A stretch of DNA of 64,000 nt from Terriglobales bacterium (GTDB lineage: Bacteria > Acidobacteriota > Terriglobia > Terriglobales > Acidobacteriaceae), in contig DASSIZ010000043.1 of assembly GCA_035691485.1 (NCBI GenBank), positions 4,236 through 68,235 on the forward strand, in the 5' to 3' direction. The position numbers and the translations under genes were made by a program. Position 1 is the first letter of the stretch, and each line of letters opens with the position of its first letter. Below are positions 45,882 through 55,855 of this stretch, piece after piece. Below the pieces are notes generated by a model, which saw only the letters and a program-made list of their open reading frames with translations, ran no database searches and had not been told where the DNA came from.

Positions 45882-47068
45882 AGCCCCGCTGCCCGGTTAG
45901 GATTCTGCGGCTGCTGCGGAGGCGCACCCGCCGGACGATTGCCTTTTTGCACTTCGACCTTCGCCCCGGGTTGCAGCTTGTCCTGCCCGTCGGTGACTAC
46001 CATCTCCCCGGGTTGCAGCCCCGAGTCGATGGAGGCGAGGTTTCCCTCGCTGACCCCGACCTTCACCGGCCGCGCTTCCACCGAATTGTCTTGCTTCACC
46101 ACGTAGGTGAACGTTCCCTGGTTGCCGCGCTGGAGGGCGGCAACCGGAACGGTGGTCGCATTCTTCTTGGTCTCAAGCAGTAGGCGGATGTTGACGAACT
46201 GGTTCGGCCACAGCACGCGGTCTTCGTTCTGAAACACCGCTTTGTACTTGTTGGTGCCGGTGGTGGGATCGATCTCGTTGTTCAGCGTCAGCAGCTTCCC
46301 GGAAGCCAGCTTGGTCTGGTCGTCGCGGCTGTAGACTTCCACGTCCAAGGGCCCCTTGCGCATGTGCTGCAGCACCTGCGGAATGTTGTCTTCCGGCAGG
46401 GTGAACAGCACGGCGATCGGATGCAGCTGCGTGATGACCAGCAGCCCGTTCTGGTCGGATGCGTGCACGATGTTCCCAATATCCACCAGCCGCAGTCCGA
46501 TGCGCCCTCCAATCGGCGCGGTAATGCGCGAATAAGTAAGCTGCAGCTTGGCGTTTTCAATCGCGGCACGGTCGGCGCTGATGGCTCCCGCTAGCTGCCC
46601 GACCAGCGACTGCTGCGTGTTGTACTGCTGCTGGCTGATGACGCCTTCCTTCCACAGTGCCGTGTAGCGATCCAGATTCAGCTTGGCGTCGGCAAGGGTG
46701 GCTTCATCCTTCGCCAGGTTCGCTTCCGCGGTGTGCAACATCACGTCAAACGGACGGGGATCAATCTGTACCAGCAGTTCGCCCTGCTTGACTTCATCTC
46801 CCTCGCGGAAGTTGATCTTCGTGATCTGTCCATCAACGCGTGTTCTGATGGTCACAGTGTTGAACGCCAGCACCGATCCCAACCCGCGCAGATACACCGG
46901 AACATCACGCTGCGCCGCCGCTTCGGCCAGCACCGGCACGCCGCGATTGGCCGCGTTCGGCGCCGCGCCCTTCGGGGTCTGCGTTTTCTTGCTATTGCGC
47001 ACCGCGGTGGCGCCGATCACCACCAGCAGGATGCCGGCGAGAACAATAATGATGCGTCCACGTGACAT
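45878..47068 (-). CDS. RND periplasmic adaptor (MdtA-like)
   Basis: N-terminal TM anchor, HlyD-family coiled-coil/lipoyl/beta-barrel pattern ([28 protein letters not shown]). Confidence 0.9.
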   Translation of the reverse strand: MSRGRIIIVLAGILLVVIGATAVRNSKKTQTPKGAAPNAANRGVPVLAEAAAQRDVPVYLRGLGSVLAFNTVTIRTRVDGQITKINFREGDEVKQGELLVQIDPRPFDVMLHTAEANLAKDEATLADAKLNLDRYTALWKEGVISQQQYNTQQSLVGQLAGAISADRAAIENAKLQLTYSRITAPIGGRIGLRLVDIGNIVHASDQNGLLVITQLHPIAVLFTLPEDNIPQVLQHMRKGPLDVEVYSRDDQTKLASGKLLTLNNEIDPTTGTNKYKAVFQNEDRVLWPNQFVNIRLLLETKKNATTVPVAALQRGNQGTFTYVVKQDNSVEARPVKVGVSEGNLASIDSGLQPGEMVVTDGQDKLQPGAKVEVQKGNRPAGAPPQQPQNPNRAAGL

Positions 47069-47280
47069 TGGGTATTTCCGTCATCGGCGGACATCGCACC
47101 GGGAGGGGAAACGCGTCGCGAGTGCCGGCCCGAAGACCAACGAGCCCCTGACAGCAGCTTCAAATTATAGGTCCACGTGGCACAGCAGGCTTTCGCCGGC
47201 ACGGGGCCACCCGTCAGGGTAAACCCGCACACCACCGACGGGGTGTAAAAAGATTGGATGCGGGCGTAAAGATTTGTAAC

Positions 47281-49776
47281 TCAGGAAACGAGCCGGCCGC
47301 TTAGTTTCGGCAGCAGCAACAACGCCGTAACATAGGCCAGGGCGCCGCAAGCCAGCGTCCAGTTCAGCCCGTACTGGATCGCCACCACCATCGCCGCGAC
47401 CGACCCGAGCACGCTGGACGCCGCATTTAATGCCCATGCCCACTCGATGCTGTTGTCATCGTTCGGGGCCGCGCCGGCCAGAGCGCGCAGTCCGCTGGGG
47501 AAGGGCATGCCCATCGCCACTCCCAGCGGAACCAGCATTACAGCACTCACCAGCAACTTGGCGATAAAAGGAAGCCCGACCAGCGTTCGCAGCAAGGGTG
47601 GCAGGACCCACACGTAACCCAGCAATAGAACGATCACCAAAAGCAGCGCGGTCCGGACTTGTTGTGGATCCACCAGCCATCGCCGCGACAGCAGGCTGCC
47701 GGCGCCGCTGGCCAGCAGCATGAGGAAGATCACCACGGTTAACGCGTAGGTCGGATGGCCGAGAAAGAGCACGAAGCGCTGGATGAACGCGATCTCGGCT
47801 AGGATGTAGCCGAGCCCGATGGCAATAAAAAACAGGAGCCGCGAAACTGGGGCGCGCCCCACTCCGGTTGCTCCTCGGTTCCGGTAACCGTGCAGAGCCA
47901 GCGGAAGGATCAGGAACAACAGCACCGCGAGTACCGATATCACCAGCACAACTCCCAGGACCACTACGCCGACATGATTCTTCCAGTCGCCACCGCGCCC
48001 GGTGCCGCCGAGAAGCCGCGAAAATGCTTCGCGCGTTTTCATGGTGAAGAAGAAGAACGGCGCGTTGTCATATACCGGGGCGATGTTGAAGGGATATTGC
48101 CGTACATAGTTGTTGAACGCGCTCCACTGGACGCCCGCCGGTCCGGGTAACACTGCTTTCGTGACATCAGGCTCAGCGGTGATCAGGTCATGGAAGGCGC
48201 GCGCGTCATCGACAATGGCCGATGGCTGATTGCGGACGCCGGCGTCGGAAGGCTTGAACAGCGTGTGCAGTTCCGGATTTTCCTCGATGTGGCTCAGTAC
48301 CGTGGCTTCTTCTTCCCGCGTGAACGGCGAGCGCTTGAACAGCACCGTGACCGGGCGGCCATCCTGGTCCAGCGTTCCCTCACACACAATGATGAAGTGC
48401 TTGGCGGGATCAGTGATGCCCTTGCCTCTAAGCACTTCCAACTCCTGCGAAACCACCCGCAGCGCTTCGCGCGGATGGCTGAACTCCCAACGCGTGATGG
48501 CAATAATCCCATCCGGCTTCAAGTGATCGAAGTACTCGCGGAATGCTTCCACGGTGTATAGATTGTTTTCGCTGAGCGCGAATGCTCCCGCCGCGGTGGA
48601 AGCCCAGGTGTCCACCAGCGTCATCTGCACCACGTCGAACTGCTGGCGCGCGTTCCTCACCCAGGAACGGCCGTCGCCGACATGAACGTGGACCTCGGGC
48701 TGCTCGTAGAGATGAAACGAATAATCAGCCCAGCGGCCGCGCATGATGTTGTTGGCAATGATGGGGTTGATTTCAATCGCCGTAACGCCGGAGCTGCCGT
48801 TGGCCAGCGCGCGCAACATGTCCACCCCGCCGCCGGGGCCGATAATCGCGTACTCGCCACGCGGACGCAGCACGTTGACGGTTGCCGGCGCCGTTGACAT
48901 CAGGTCCTCTTTGTAGTCCGGACGCCAGTCATGCGGGTTGGTGTTCATGATGAACGTCGACGCATCCGCGTCGATGACGATCACCTCGGCATCGCCTACC
49001 CGGTCCACTTCCACGCGCGAGATCGCGTTCCAGCGCGCGTACAGCACCCACGGCTGGTCTCGCCGAATTCCCTTCGCGTAGACGATGTCGATGATCTTGC
49101 CGGAATAGTTGGCGCCGGTCAGCACAACAAAGGCGGCCAGCAGCGCCAGTCCGGCGCGGCGGCCTCTGCGCGTACTTGCCCAAACCGCCGATGCGCCTGC
49201 GGAGGCAATCGCCGCTACCAGGATGGCATTGGGACCGCCCACAAAATTCAGTAAGGGAACGATTGCCAGGCAAGCGAGGGCGCCACCGGTCAGGTCAGCC
49301 GCATAGAGTTCGGTGATGCCGCGCGTTTCGCGGGCGAAGACAACAGAGAACAGCAAGCCGGTGCAGAAAAACGGCAAAGCCGACACCACGTACATCAGCG
49401 CCAGCCGCAGCATGACCTCCGGCGTCAGGACAAAAGAAATCGAAACCGGCGCGTGCAGGTCGATTTCAAGCACCACCAACAGCAGCACAGCATTCACCGA
49501 CGCCAGACGTGCTCCCAGCGTGCGCGTGTCCCAGCGCGCCAGCCGGTTTTTCTCCAGGTACGCCATTACGCCGCCGGCGCCTAAACCGAGAAGCGCGATC
49601 GAGATTGCGAGGAACGCGAAGTGGTAAAAGAGAATGACCGAGAACAACCGCGTAAGCGCCAGTTCCAGCAACAGGCTGGCGAAGCTCATGATGAGCACGC
49701 CGGCAAGATGCACGCGGTGCTCCGACCCTGGACCTGCGGTGGAGGCGAGTTCACTGACAACCGCGGTTTCGGACAT
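47281..49776 (-). CDS. Fused polytopic membrane protein / spermidine-synthase-like SAM-fold domain
   Basis: About 7 N-terminal TM helices. Central IIGPGGGVDMLRAL...AIEINP...GDGRSW...DVVQMTLVD aminopropyl/methyltransferase-like fold. About 5 further C-terminal TM helices. Confidence 0.85.
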   Translation of the reverse strand: MSETAVVSELASTAGPGSEHRVHLAGVLIMSFASLLLELALTRLFSVILFYHFAFLAISIALLGLGAGGVMAYLEKNRLARWDTRTLGARLASVNAVLLLVVLEIDLHAPVSISFVLTPEVMLRLALMYVVSALPFFCTGLLFSVVFARETRGITELYAADLTGGALACLAIVPLLNFVGGPNAILVAAIASAGASAVWASTRRGRRAGLALLAAFVVLTGANYSGKIIDIVYAKGIRRDQPWVLYARWNAISRVEVDRVGDAEVIVIDADASTFIMNTNPHDWRPDYKEDLMSTAPATVNVLRPRGEYAIIGPGGGVDMLRALANGSSGVTAIEINPIIANNIMRGRWADYSFHLYEQPEVHVHVGDGRSWVRNARQQFDVVQMTLVDTWASTAAGAFALSENNLYTVEAFREYFDHLKPDGIIAITRWEFSHPREALRVVSQELEVLRGKGITDPAKHFIIVCEGTLDQDGRPVTVLFKRSPFTREEEATVLSHIEENPELHTLFKPSDAGVRNQPSAIVDDARAFHDLITAEPDVTKAVLPGPAGVQWSAFNNYVRQYPFNIAPVYDNAPFFFFTMKTREAFSRLLGGTGRGGDWKNHVGVVVLGVVLVISVLAVLLFLILPLALHGYRNRGATGVGRAPVSRLLFFIAIGLGYILAEIAFIQRFVLFLGHPTYALTVVIFLMLLASGAGSLLSRRWLVDPQQVRTALLLVIVLLLGYVWVLPPLLRTLVGLPFIAKLLVSAVMLVPLGVAMGMPFPSGLRALAGAAPNDDNSIEWAWALNAASSVLGSVAAMVVAIQYGLNWTLACGALAYVTALLLLPKLSGRLVS

Positions 49777-49852
49777 ACATTCCCTTCAGCAACCGGCATC
49801 TGCACTCGCCCGCCAAACTCAACGGCTGAACGTGACTGCTGACCGCCGACTG

Positions 49853-50230
49853 CTAATCCTCCAGGATTACCGATGCAATCGCTTGTTCCTTGGTGTGCGA
49901 CAGCGACAACGAGACACGCTTCGCGCCCAGCCGGGCGGCGAATTCGGCCGCCTTGCCTGTGAAGGCGATGCTCGGACGCCCGCCGGGTTCGCGCCTTACT
50001 TCTATGTCGGTCCAGGCAACGCCGTTTTTCCAGCCGGTGCCGATGGCCTTGAGTGCGGCCTCTTTGGCGGCAAAGCGCGCCGCATAACGCTCGATGCGAT
50101 TCGCCTTTGCGTCACAATACCGGATCTCGCCCGGGGTAAACACGCGCCGCAGGAAACGCTCGCCGAACCGTTGAATGGCGGCCGCCATCCGTGGCACTTC
50201 GGCGATGTCAATGCCGGTTCCGACAATCAT
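49853..50230 (-). CDS. acpS: Holo-[acyl-carrier-protein] synthase
   Basis: [25 protein letters not shown]. 125 aa. Confidence 0.9.
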   Translation of the reverse strand: MIVGTGIDIAEVPRMAAAIQRFGERFLRRVFTPGEIRYCDAKANRIERYAARFAAKEAALKAIGTGWKNGVAWTDIEVRREPGGRPSIAFTGKAAEFAARLGAKRVSLSLSHTKEQAIASVILED

Positions 50231-50389
50231 GGAAACTCAGTACGTTAACACACGTCCGAAATAGGAACCGCACTCGCCTTGAGTTTCCGCCGCCCTAGCC
50301 AATCGCCGCAAAAAGGACTAATTTGGCCGGTTGCAATCGATCACCCTGCTGCCCGCCCGCGTTCCCGGGCATCCGCCGAGGAGGAACTC

Positions 50390-51697
50390 ATGGCCAACGA
50401 TACGCTCACCATTGCGGACAATCGGACGAACCGCACCTACACCTTGCCGATTGAACACGGAACTATCCGCACCATGGATCTGCGGCAGATCAAGACCGAT
50501 ACCAATGATTTCGGGCTCATGGGCTACGACCCGGCATTCATGAACACCGCGTCGTGCCAAAGCCGGATTACCTTCATTGACGGCGATCGCGGCATCCTGC
50601 GCTACCGCGGTTACAACATCGAAGACCTGGCGGAAAACTGCACCTTCCCGGAGGTCGCGTATCTGCTGCTCAACGGCGAATTGCCGACTCCGGAGCAGCG
50701 CGCCGAATGGATCAAGCAGGTCACCTTCCATACCATGGTGCACGAAGGAATGCGCAGCTTCATCGAACGCTTCCGCTACGACGCGCACCCGATGGGTATC
50801 CTGGTCAGCGCCCTGGCGGCCCTCTCGACCATGTATCCGGAGGCCAAGAACATTGGCGATGCCGAGTGCCGCAAGATGCAGATCGTGCGCCTGATCGCCA
50901 AGACCCCGACTCTCGCCGCTTATTCCTACCGCCACAGCCTCGGCTACCCCATCGTTTATCCCGACAATGATCTCAGCTACACCGAAAATTTCATGAACAT
51001 GCTGTGGAAAATGGTGGAGCCGAAGTACGCAGCCAACCCGGTCATGTCACGCGCTCTCGACGTGCTCTTCATCCTCCACGCCGACCACGAGCAGAACTGC
51101 TCCGCCAATGCCATGCGCTCGGTGGGCAGCTCGCATGCCGATCCTTACCTGGCGGCGGCCGCCGCCGCGGCCGCGCTCGCCGGACCTTTGCACGGAGGCG
51201 CCAACGAGGAGGTGCTGCGCATGCTCGACGAAATCGGCGACGTCAAGAATGTGCCCGCTTACATCAAGCGCATCAAGGAGGGCAAGGGGAGGCTGATGGG
51301 CTTCGGCCACCGCGTGTACAAGAATTACGATCCGCGCGCGCGCATCATCAAGCAGACGGCAGAGGATGTATTCAAGGTCACCGGCCGCAATCAAAAGCTC
51401 GACATCGCGCTCGCGCTGGAAAAAATCGCGCTCCAGGACGAATATTTCGTGACCCGCAAGCTCTATCCCAACGTGGATTTCTACAGCGGCATCATCTACC
51501 AGGCCATGGGCTTCAGGCCCGACATGTTTACCGTGCTCTTCGCCATTCCTCGCATGACGGGATGGTTGGCACAGTGGCAGGAAATGATCGAGGACCACGA
51601 ACAGAAAATTGCCCGCCCGCGGCAGATCTATCTCGGCCACGAACTCCGAAAGATCGAGAGACCCAAGCCCGCGGACCGGGCCGTTGCGAGGCAGTGA
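50390..51697 (+). CDS. gltA: Citrate synthase (type II)
   Basis: GAGGAGG SD before ATG 50390. GFGHRVYKNYDPRA signature, HADHEQN. Confidence 0.93.
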   Translation: MANDTLTIADNRTNRTYTLPIEHGTIRTMDLRQIKTDTNDFGLMGYDPAFMNTASCQSRITFIDGDRGILRYRGYNIEDLAENCTFPEVAYLLLNGELPTPEQRAEWIKQVTFHTMVHEGMRSFIERFRYDAHPMGILVSALAALSTMYPEAKNIGDAECRKMQIVRLIAKTPTLAAYSYRHSLGYPIVYPDNDLSYTENFMNMLWKMVEPKYAANPVMSRALDVLFILHADHEQNCSANAMRSVGSSHADPYLAAAAAAAALAGPLHGGANEEVLRMLDEIGDVKNVPAYIKRIKEGKGRLMGFGHRVYKNYDPRARIIKQTAEDVFKVTGRNQKLDIALALEKIALQDEYFVTRKLYPNVDFYSGIIYQAMGFRPDMFTVLFAIPRMTGWLAQWQEMIEDHEQKIARPRQIYLGHELRKIERPKPADRAVARQ

Positions 51698-51768
51698 GTC
51701 AGGTAGAACTACGCAATAGGAGTACTGCCCGGAGCCGCTTACAGGGTTAGCCTCAAGGCCGCGCCCTG

Positions 51769-52419
51769 CTACGCCGCCTTGCTGAGTTCGGTCAGCGCAA
51801 TTACCGCCAGCTCCAGCCGATCACGCGCCCCGGTCTTGTTGAAAATGGACTGCAGGTGCCGTTTGACCGTGTTCTCGCTGATGGTCAGCTCGTGCGCAAT
51901 GTCCTTGTTTTTCATGCCGCGCGCAACCAGCGCCGCGATCTGCCGCTCTCGTTCCGACAGGCGCCGGATGGTGGAGGGCTCTTCTTTGGCTTCCCCGGCC
52001 ATCGCGCTCAGGACCTGTTGCGCGATGTCTTCGGAAAACGCCAGTTCCCCGTTGGCTACGGACCGTATGGCGGCAAACAAACGCTCTGGCCCTTCGCCCT
52101 TTAGCACCAGGCCACGGGCGCCCAAGCGGACCACCTGCACATAGTCAGGCTGGTTCTCCGAACCGGTCAGCACCACCGACGCCACCCGGCTGCCCGCCTT
52201 GTCCAGCGTGCGCAGTACTTCGAAGCCGTCCGTGTTGGGCATGAACAGGTCCAGCACCAGCACGTCAGGATGAGTCTGATTGACCAGCTCCAGCGCTTCC
52301 GCGCCGCTGCCCGCCTTGCCTACCACATCAAAATCCTTTTGTGTCTGCAGCAGGGCGCCTAAGGATTCGCGCAGCACCGCGTGGTCGTCAGCAATTACGA
52401 TTGGGATACGGTTGGCCAT
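51769..52419 (-). CDS. NarL/LuxR-family response regulator (orphan, no adjacent kinase)
   Basis: IVIADDH, VLDLFMPNTDG receiver. LuxR HTH LSERERQIAALVARGMKNKDIAHELTISENTVKRH. Confidence 0.9.
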   Translation of the reverse strand: MANRIPIVIADDHAVLRESLGALLQTQKDFDVVGKAGSGAEALELVNQTHPDVLVLDLFMPNTDGFEVLRTLDKAGSRVASVVLTGSENQPDYVQVVRLGARGLVLKGEGPERLFAAIRSVANGELAFSEDIAQQVLSAMAGEAKEEPSTIRRLSERERQIAALVARGMKNKDIAHELTISENTVKRHLQSIFNKTGARDRLELAVIALTELSKAA

Positions 52420-52588
52420 TTACTCTATTGTAAACACAACTAGGCTCGTTCACCTAACCCACTGCTTACGATGTAAGGAAAGATTCCCGGGATTTCCAAT
52501 AAACATCGTTTTATCACCGCCTCCGGCAGGAACGTTGGGGGCCCCTAAAGTTTGGCAGCCCATCAGTTAACGCCATGGCAAGTCAGAA

Positions 52589-53227
52589 GTGATATATTCC
52601 CGCCGCAACGCTGTCAGGGAGCTCGTTTTGACGGTTGATGAGGAGCTGAACGTTCTCGAGGAGACCGTTCGTAAGCTCAAGATCGAATATGACGTGTATT
52701 TTGGCGGGGGCGCCAAGAAACCGCCCAACGATACGGAGTGGCGCGTCCAGAACCTTATCCGCAAATACAGCGACTCCTCCAAGCTCAGCTTCGCCCAGCG
52801 TTTCCGCTACAACGGCATCGCCCAGCGCTATGCGCTTTTCAGCGATTTATGGCGCAAGAAAATCAAGATTAAGGAAGAAGGCTTCCGCCGCCCGCAAGAT
52901 GCCGCGCTCGGTATTCAGGGCCTTCGCCATGAAGAGGAACAGGCGGCCGCTGCGGCCTTGAAATCCGGGGTTGCCGGGGCGCCGTTCAAAGTGCATTGCT
53001 CTGATGTTGACGCCGACCAGGTCGCGGTCAAATCCCTTTTCGACGCGATGATGGAAGCCAAGAAGAACGCGGGACAGCACGCCGATCCCAACAGTTTCGA
53101 CTCCTTTAGAACCTTCCTCAAGAAAAAGACGGACCAGATCCGTGGCCAGTATGGTTGCGCGGCCGTCGAATACTCGGTCGAGGTCCAGGACGGCCACGTC
53201 CGGTTGAAGGCAAAAGCGAAAACATAA
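52589..53227 (+). CDS. Conserved hypothetical protein (MXAN_5187-like guess)
   Basis: ORF track. GTG at 52589, or TTG at 52628 preceded by a GGGAG SD. Coiled-coil-like N-terminus, KIEYDVYFGGGAKKPP. Confidence 0.65.
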   Translation: MIYSRRNAVRELVLTVDEELNVLEETVRKLKIEYDVYFGGGAKKPPNDTEWRVQNLIRKYSDSSKLSFAQRFRYNGIAQRYALFSDLWRKKIKIKEEGFRRPQDAALGIQGLRHEEEQAAAAALKSGVAGAPFKVHCSDVDADQVAVKSLFDAMMEAKKNAGQHADPNSFDSFRTFLKKKTDQIRGQYGCAAVEYSVEVQDGHVRLKAKAKT

Positions 53228-53298
53228 TTTCGCAGCCTTCCGCAATTCTGAGTTTCTCAATTCCGCAATTCCGCAGTTCGGCAATTCCACAATTTTTC
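53226..53298. repeat. Degenerate 8-bp tandem array (about 9 units, core caattccg x2, cagttcgg, caattcca, caattttt)
   Basis: Read directly. Starts at the stop codon of the upstream gene and ends 53 nt before the MmcB-like gene. Confidence 0.65.
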
Positions 53299-53350
53299 GC
53301 GTTCCTCCCTGGTTACTTGCCATGCTGCGCAACAGAACCCACAGTGGCAC

Positions 53351-53896
53351 ATGACCCACTCGGCCCTGGTGGACCTTGCCGTGCGCTGGCTCCACACTTC
53401 CTATCGCTGCGGCATTATTCTTTCCGAGCAGGCTTGCTGTACCGGCGAAATTCCCGACGTGATCGGTTGGAAAGCGCGCTGCCGCTCGGTGCTGGTGGAG
53501 TGCAAGGTCTCGCGCGGCGACTTCCTTAACGACCGCAACAAGCCGTGGCGTCTCGACTCCAGCGGCGCGCTTGGCTGCGAGCGTTTCTACATGGCGCCTG
53601 CCGGCTTGATTTCCCCCGCAGAACTGCCCCCTGGCTGGGGGCTGCTGGAGGTGCGCGGTCGCAAAGTCGAAATCGCAGTCGCTTGCAGCAAGCGCAAGTC
53701 TCTCCGCACGCCCGACGGCCTCCTGCACGAGATGAACCTGCTGCTGGCCAGCCTGCGGCGCGTGGAAATCCGTATCGAGCCGCAAACCATTACCGACTTT
53801 CTCAAATGGGAGAACCGCTTGGCGCGCTACAACGGCGGCGCGCTGCCGGAGGGCGTGGACGACCCCACTGACGCCAACGCCTACCTGAGCACCTGA
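53351..53896 (+). CDS. MmcB-like PD-(D/E)XK nuclease-fold DNA repair protein
   Basis: GEIPDVIGW ... VLVECKVSRGDF (D...ExK) followed by CERFYMAPAGLI...PPGWGLLEV, matching the MmcB family pattern from memory. Confidence 0.65.
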   Translation: MTHSALVDLAVRWLHTSYRCGIILSEQACCTGEIPDVIGWKARCRSVLVECKVSRGDFLNDRNKPWRLDSSGALGCERFYMAPAGLISPAELPPGWGLLEVRGRKVEIAVACSKRKSLRTPDGLLHEMNLLLASLRRVEIRIEPQTITDFLKWENRLARYNGGALPEGVDDPTDANAYLST

Positions 53897-54033
53897 GTAC
53901 CGAAATCAACCATAGTGTCTCGGCTGGACTGGCTCGGCGTGAGGACCTTATCGCGTGTGATCCCCGTCACAGCTACTCCGTTCGCTGCTAAGATTAAATG
54001 CTCGTCATTCCCACGCAATCTTGAGAGGAACTC

Positions 54034-55611
54034 ATGGCTAAGATCCAGCGCGCCATCCTCAGCGTCACCGACAAGACCGGCTTAGTTGAATTCGCCAGGC
54101 AACTCGCCGGCCAGGGCGTCGAACTCGTCTCCACCGGCGGCACCGCGCGCTTGCTGCGCGACGGCGGCGTCCCGGTCAAGGACATTTCCGAGCTCACCGG
54201 TTTCCCCGAAATGCTTGACGGCCGGGTCAAGACGCTGCACCCGCGCGTGCACGGCGGCATCTTGCACATGCGCTCCAATCCCGAGCACCGAACCACCGTC
54301 GCCGAGCACGGAATCGAGCCCATTGACATGGTGGTGGTCAACCTCTATGCGTTCGAAAAGACCGCCGCCAAGCCCGGCGTCGCGGTGGATGAACTGATCG
54401 AGAACATCGATATTGGCGGGCCTTCCATGATCCGCTCCGCCGCCAAGAATTTTCACGACGTCGCCGTCGTCACTTCGCCCTCCGATTACCAGGCGATCGT
54501 GGACGAGCTGCGCTCCTCCGGCGGCCAGCTTTCCGCAACCACCAAGTGGAAGCTGGCGCAAAAAGCCTTCGCCCTTACCGCCTCCTACGATTCCGCCATT
54601 GCCACCACGCTGGAGCGGGTGCACGCAAATGGGAACCTCCAGCTCCAGGCGGAATCCGGTTTTCCCCCCACCCTGCGCCTTCGCTACAACAAGGTCATGG
54701 ACCTGCGCTACGGCGAGAACCCGCACCAGGCAGCCGCCATGTATTCGGATGGCACCGGCGTCGGCGTCGCCAACGGCAAGCAACTCCAGGGCAAGGAACT
54801 GTCCTACAACAACATTGTTGACCTGCAAGCCTCCTGGGACTTGGCCGCCGAATTCGACCAGCCATTTTGCGCCATCATCAAGCACACCAATCCCTGCGGC
54901 AGCGCCGTCGGAAAGGATGTGATCGAAGCCTTCCAGCGCGCCTTCCAGTGCGATCCCGTCTCCGCCTTCGGCGGCGTCATCGCGCTCAATCGTCCGGTTG
55001 ACGGCCCCACAGCCGAAGCCATCGCCGGTCTTCGCCACAACGGCGTCGCGCTCTTCATCGAGTGCATCATCGCGCCCTCCTTTGACGAGGTCGCGCGCGC
55101 CCGCTTCGGCAAGCGCAAGGACCTGCGCCTGCTCGAGGTCACTCCCGCTCCCATGAAGCGCGTCATCAAGGCTGTGTCCGGCGGCGTGCTTGTCCAGGAC
55201 AACGACCTGCACAGGCTCGACCCCGCTTCCGTGAAGGTCGTCAGCCGGCGGCCGCCCTCTGCCCAGGAGATGCAGGATCTGCTGTTCGCATGGAAGGTTG
55301 GCAAGCACGTGAAATCGAACGCGATTCTGTATGCCCGGGACGGCCGCAGCGTCGGCGTAGGCGCAGGCCAGATGAGCCGCGTGGACTCCGCCAAGATCGG
55401 CGCCATGAAGTCGGTGCTCGGCACCCAGGGTTCGGTCGCTGCCTCCGACGCCTTTTTCCCATTTCCCGACGGCGTCGAGGAGATCGCAAAGGCCGGCGCC
55501 ACTGCCATCATCCAGCCCGGCGGTTCGGTTCGCGACCAGGAGGTGATCGACGCCGCCGACAAGCTGGGGCTGGCTATGGTCACCACTGGCATTCGTCACT
55601 TCCGGCACTGA
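54034..55611 (+). CDS. purH: Bifunctional AICAR transformylase / IMP cyclohydrolase
   Basis: [24 protein letters not shown] domain, [13 protein letters not shown]-terminal ...TGIRHFRH. Confidence 0.95.
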   Translation: MAKIQRAILSVTDKTGLVEFARQLAGQGVELVSTGGTARLLRDGGVPVKDISELTGFPEMLDGRVKTLHPRVHGGILHMRSNPEHRTTVAEHGIEPIDMVVVNLYAFEKTAAKPGVAVDELIENIDIGGPSMIRSAAKNFHDVAVVTSPSDYQAIVDELRSSGGQLSATTKWKLAQKAFALTASYDSAIATTLERVHANGNLQLQAESGFPPTLRLRYNKVMDLRYGENPHQAAAMYSDGTGVGVANGKQLQGKELSYNNIVDLQASWDLAAEFDQPFCAIIKHTNPCGSAVGKDVIEAFQRAFQCDPVSAFGGVIALNRPVDGPTAEAIAGLRHNGVALFIECIIAPSFDEVARARFGKRKDLRLLEVTPAPMKRVIKAVSGGVLVQDNDLHRLDPASVKVVSRRPPSAQEMQDLLFAWKVGKHVKSNAILYARDGRSVGVGAGQMSRVDSAKIGAMKSVLGTQGSVAASDAFFPFPDGVEEIAKAGATAIIQPGGSVRDQEVIDAADKLGLAMVTTGIRHFRH

Positions 55612-55855
55612 ACTGCGATACGCGGCCAACGGCTGCGATTGGAACCTGCGCCATTCTTGGGGTGACGTCTGCCTGCATTTTGCTCAGGATGCGCTGAGGG
55701 ACTGGCAAAAGTTCGTTACGAAGGTGACAGCACGGGTTCTTTTTCTGCCTGTAACCCCAATTCCTTCCGGAATTTCGCGTAAAATTACATTGACACCCGC
55801 CGGATGAGTTCGGCATCCAAACTGTGGTGATAGTTCTGTCTCGTTAAGGACCTCA

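Noticed and set aside
23807-53298. Octamer and heptamer arrays considered as CRISPR or minisatellite loci
   Set aside because: The units are only 7-8 bp and contiguous, with no spacers, and there are no cas genes in the window. They are reported as short tandem or dispersed repeats instead.
54082-55629. 515-aa ORF on the minus strand covering all of purH
   Set aside because: The plus-strand product has unmistakable PurH motifs. The antisense product is Gly/Ala/Asp/Val-rich with no recognisable domain, typical of a GC-rich shadow ORF.
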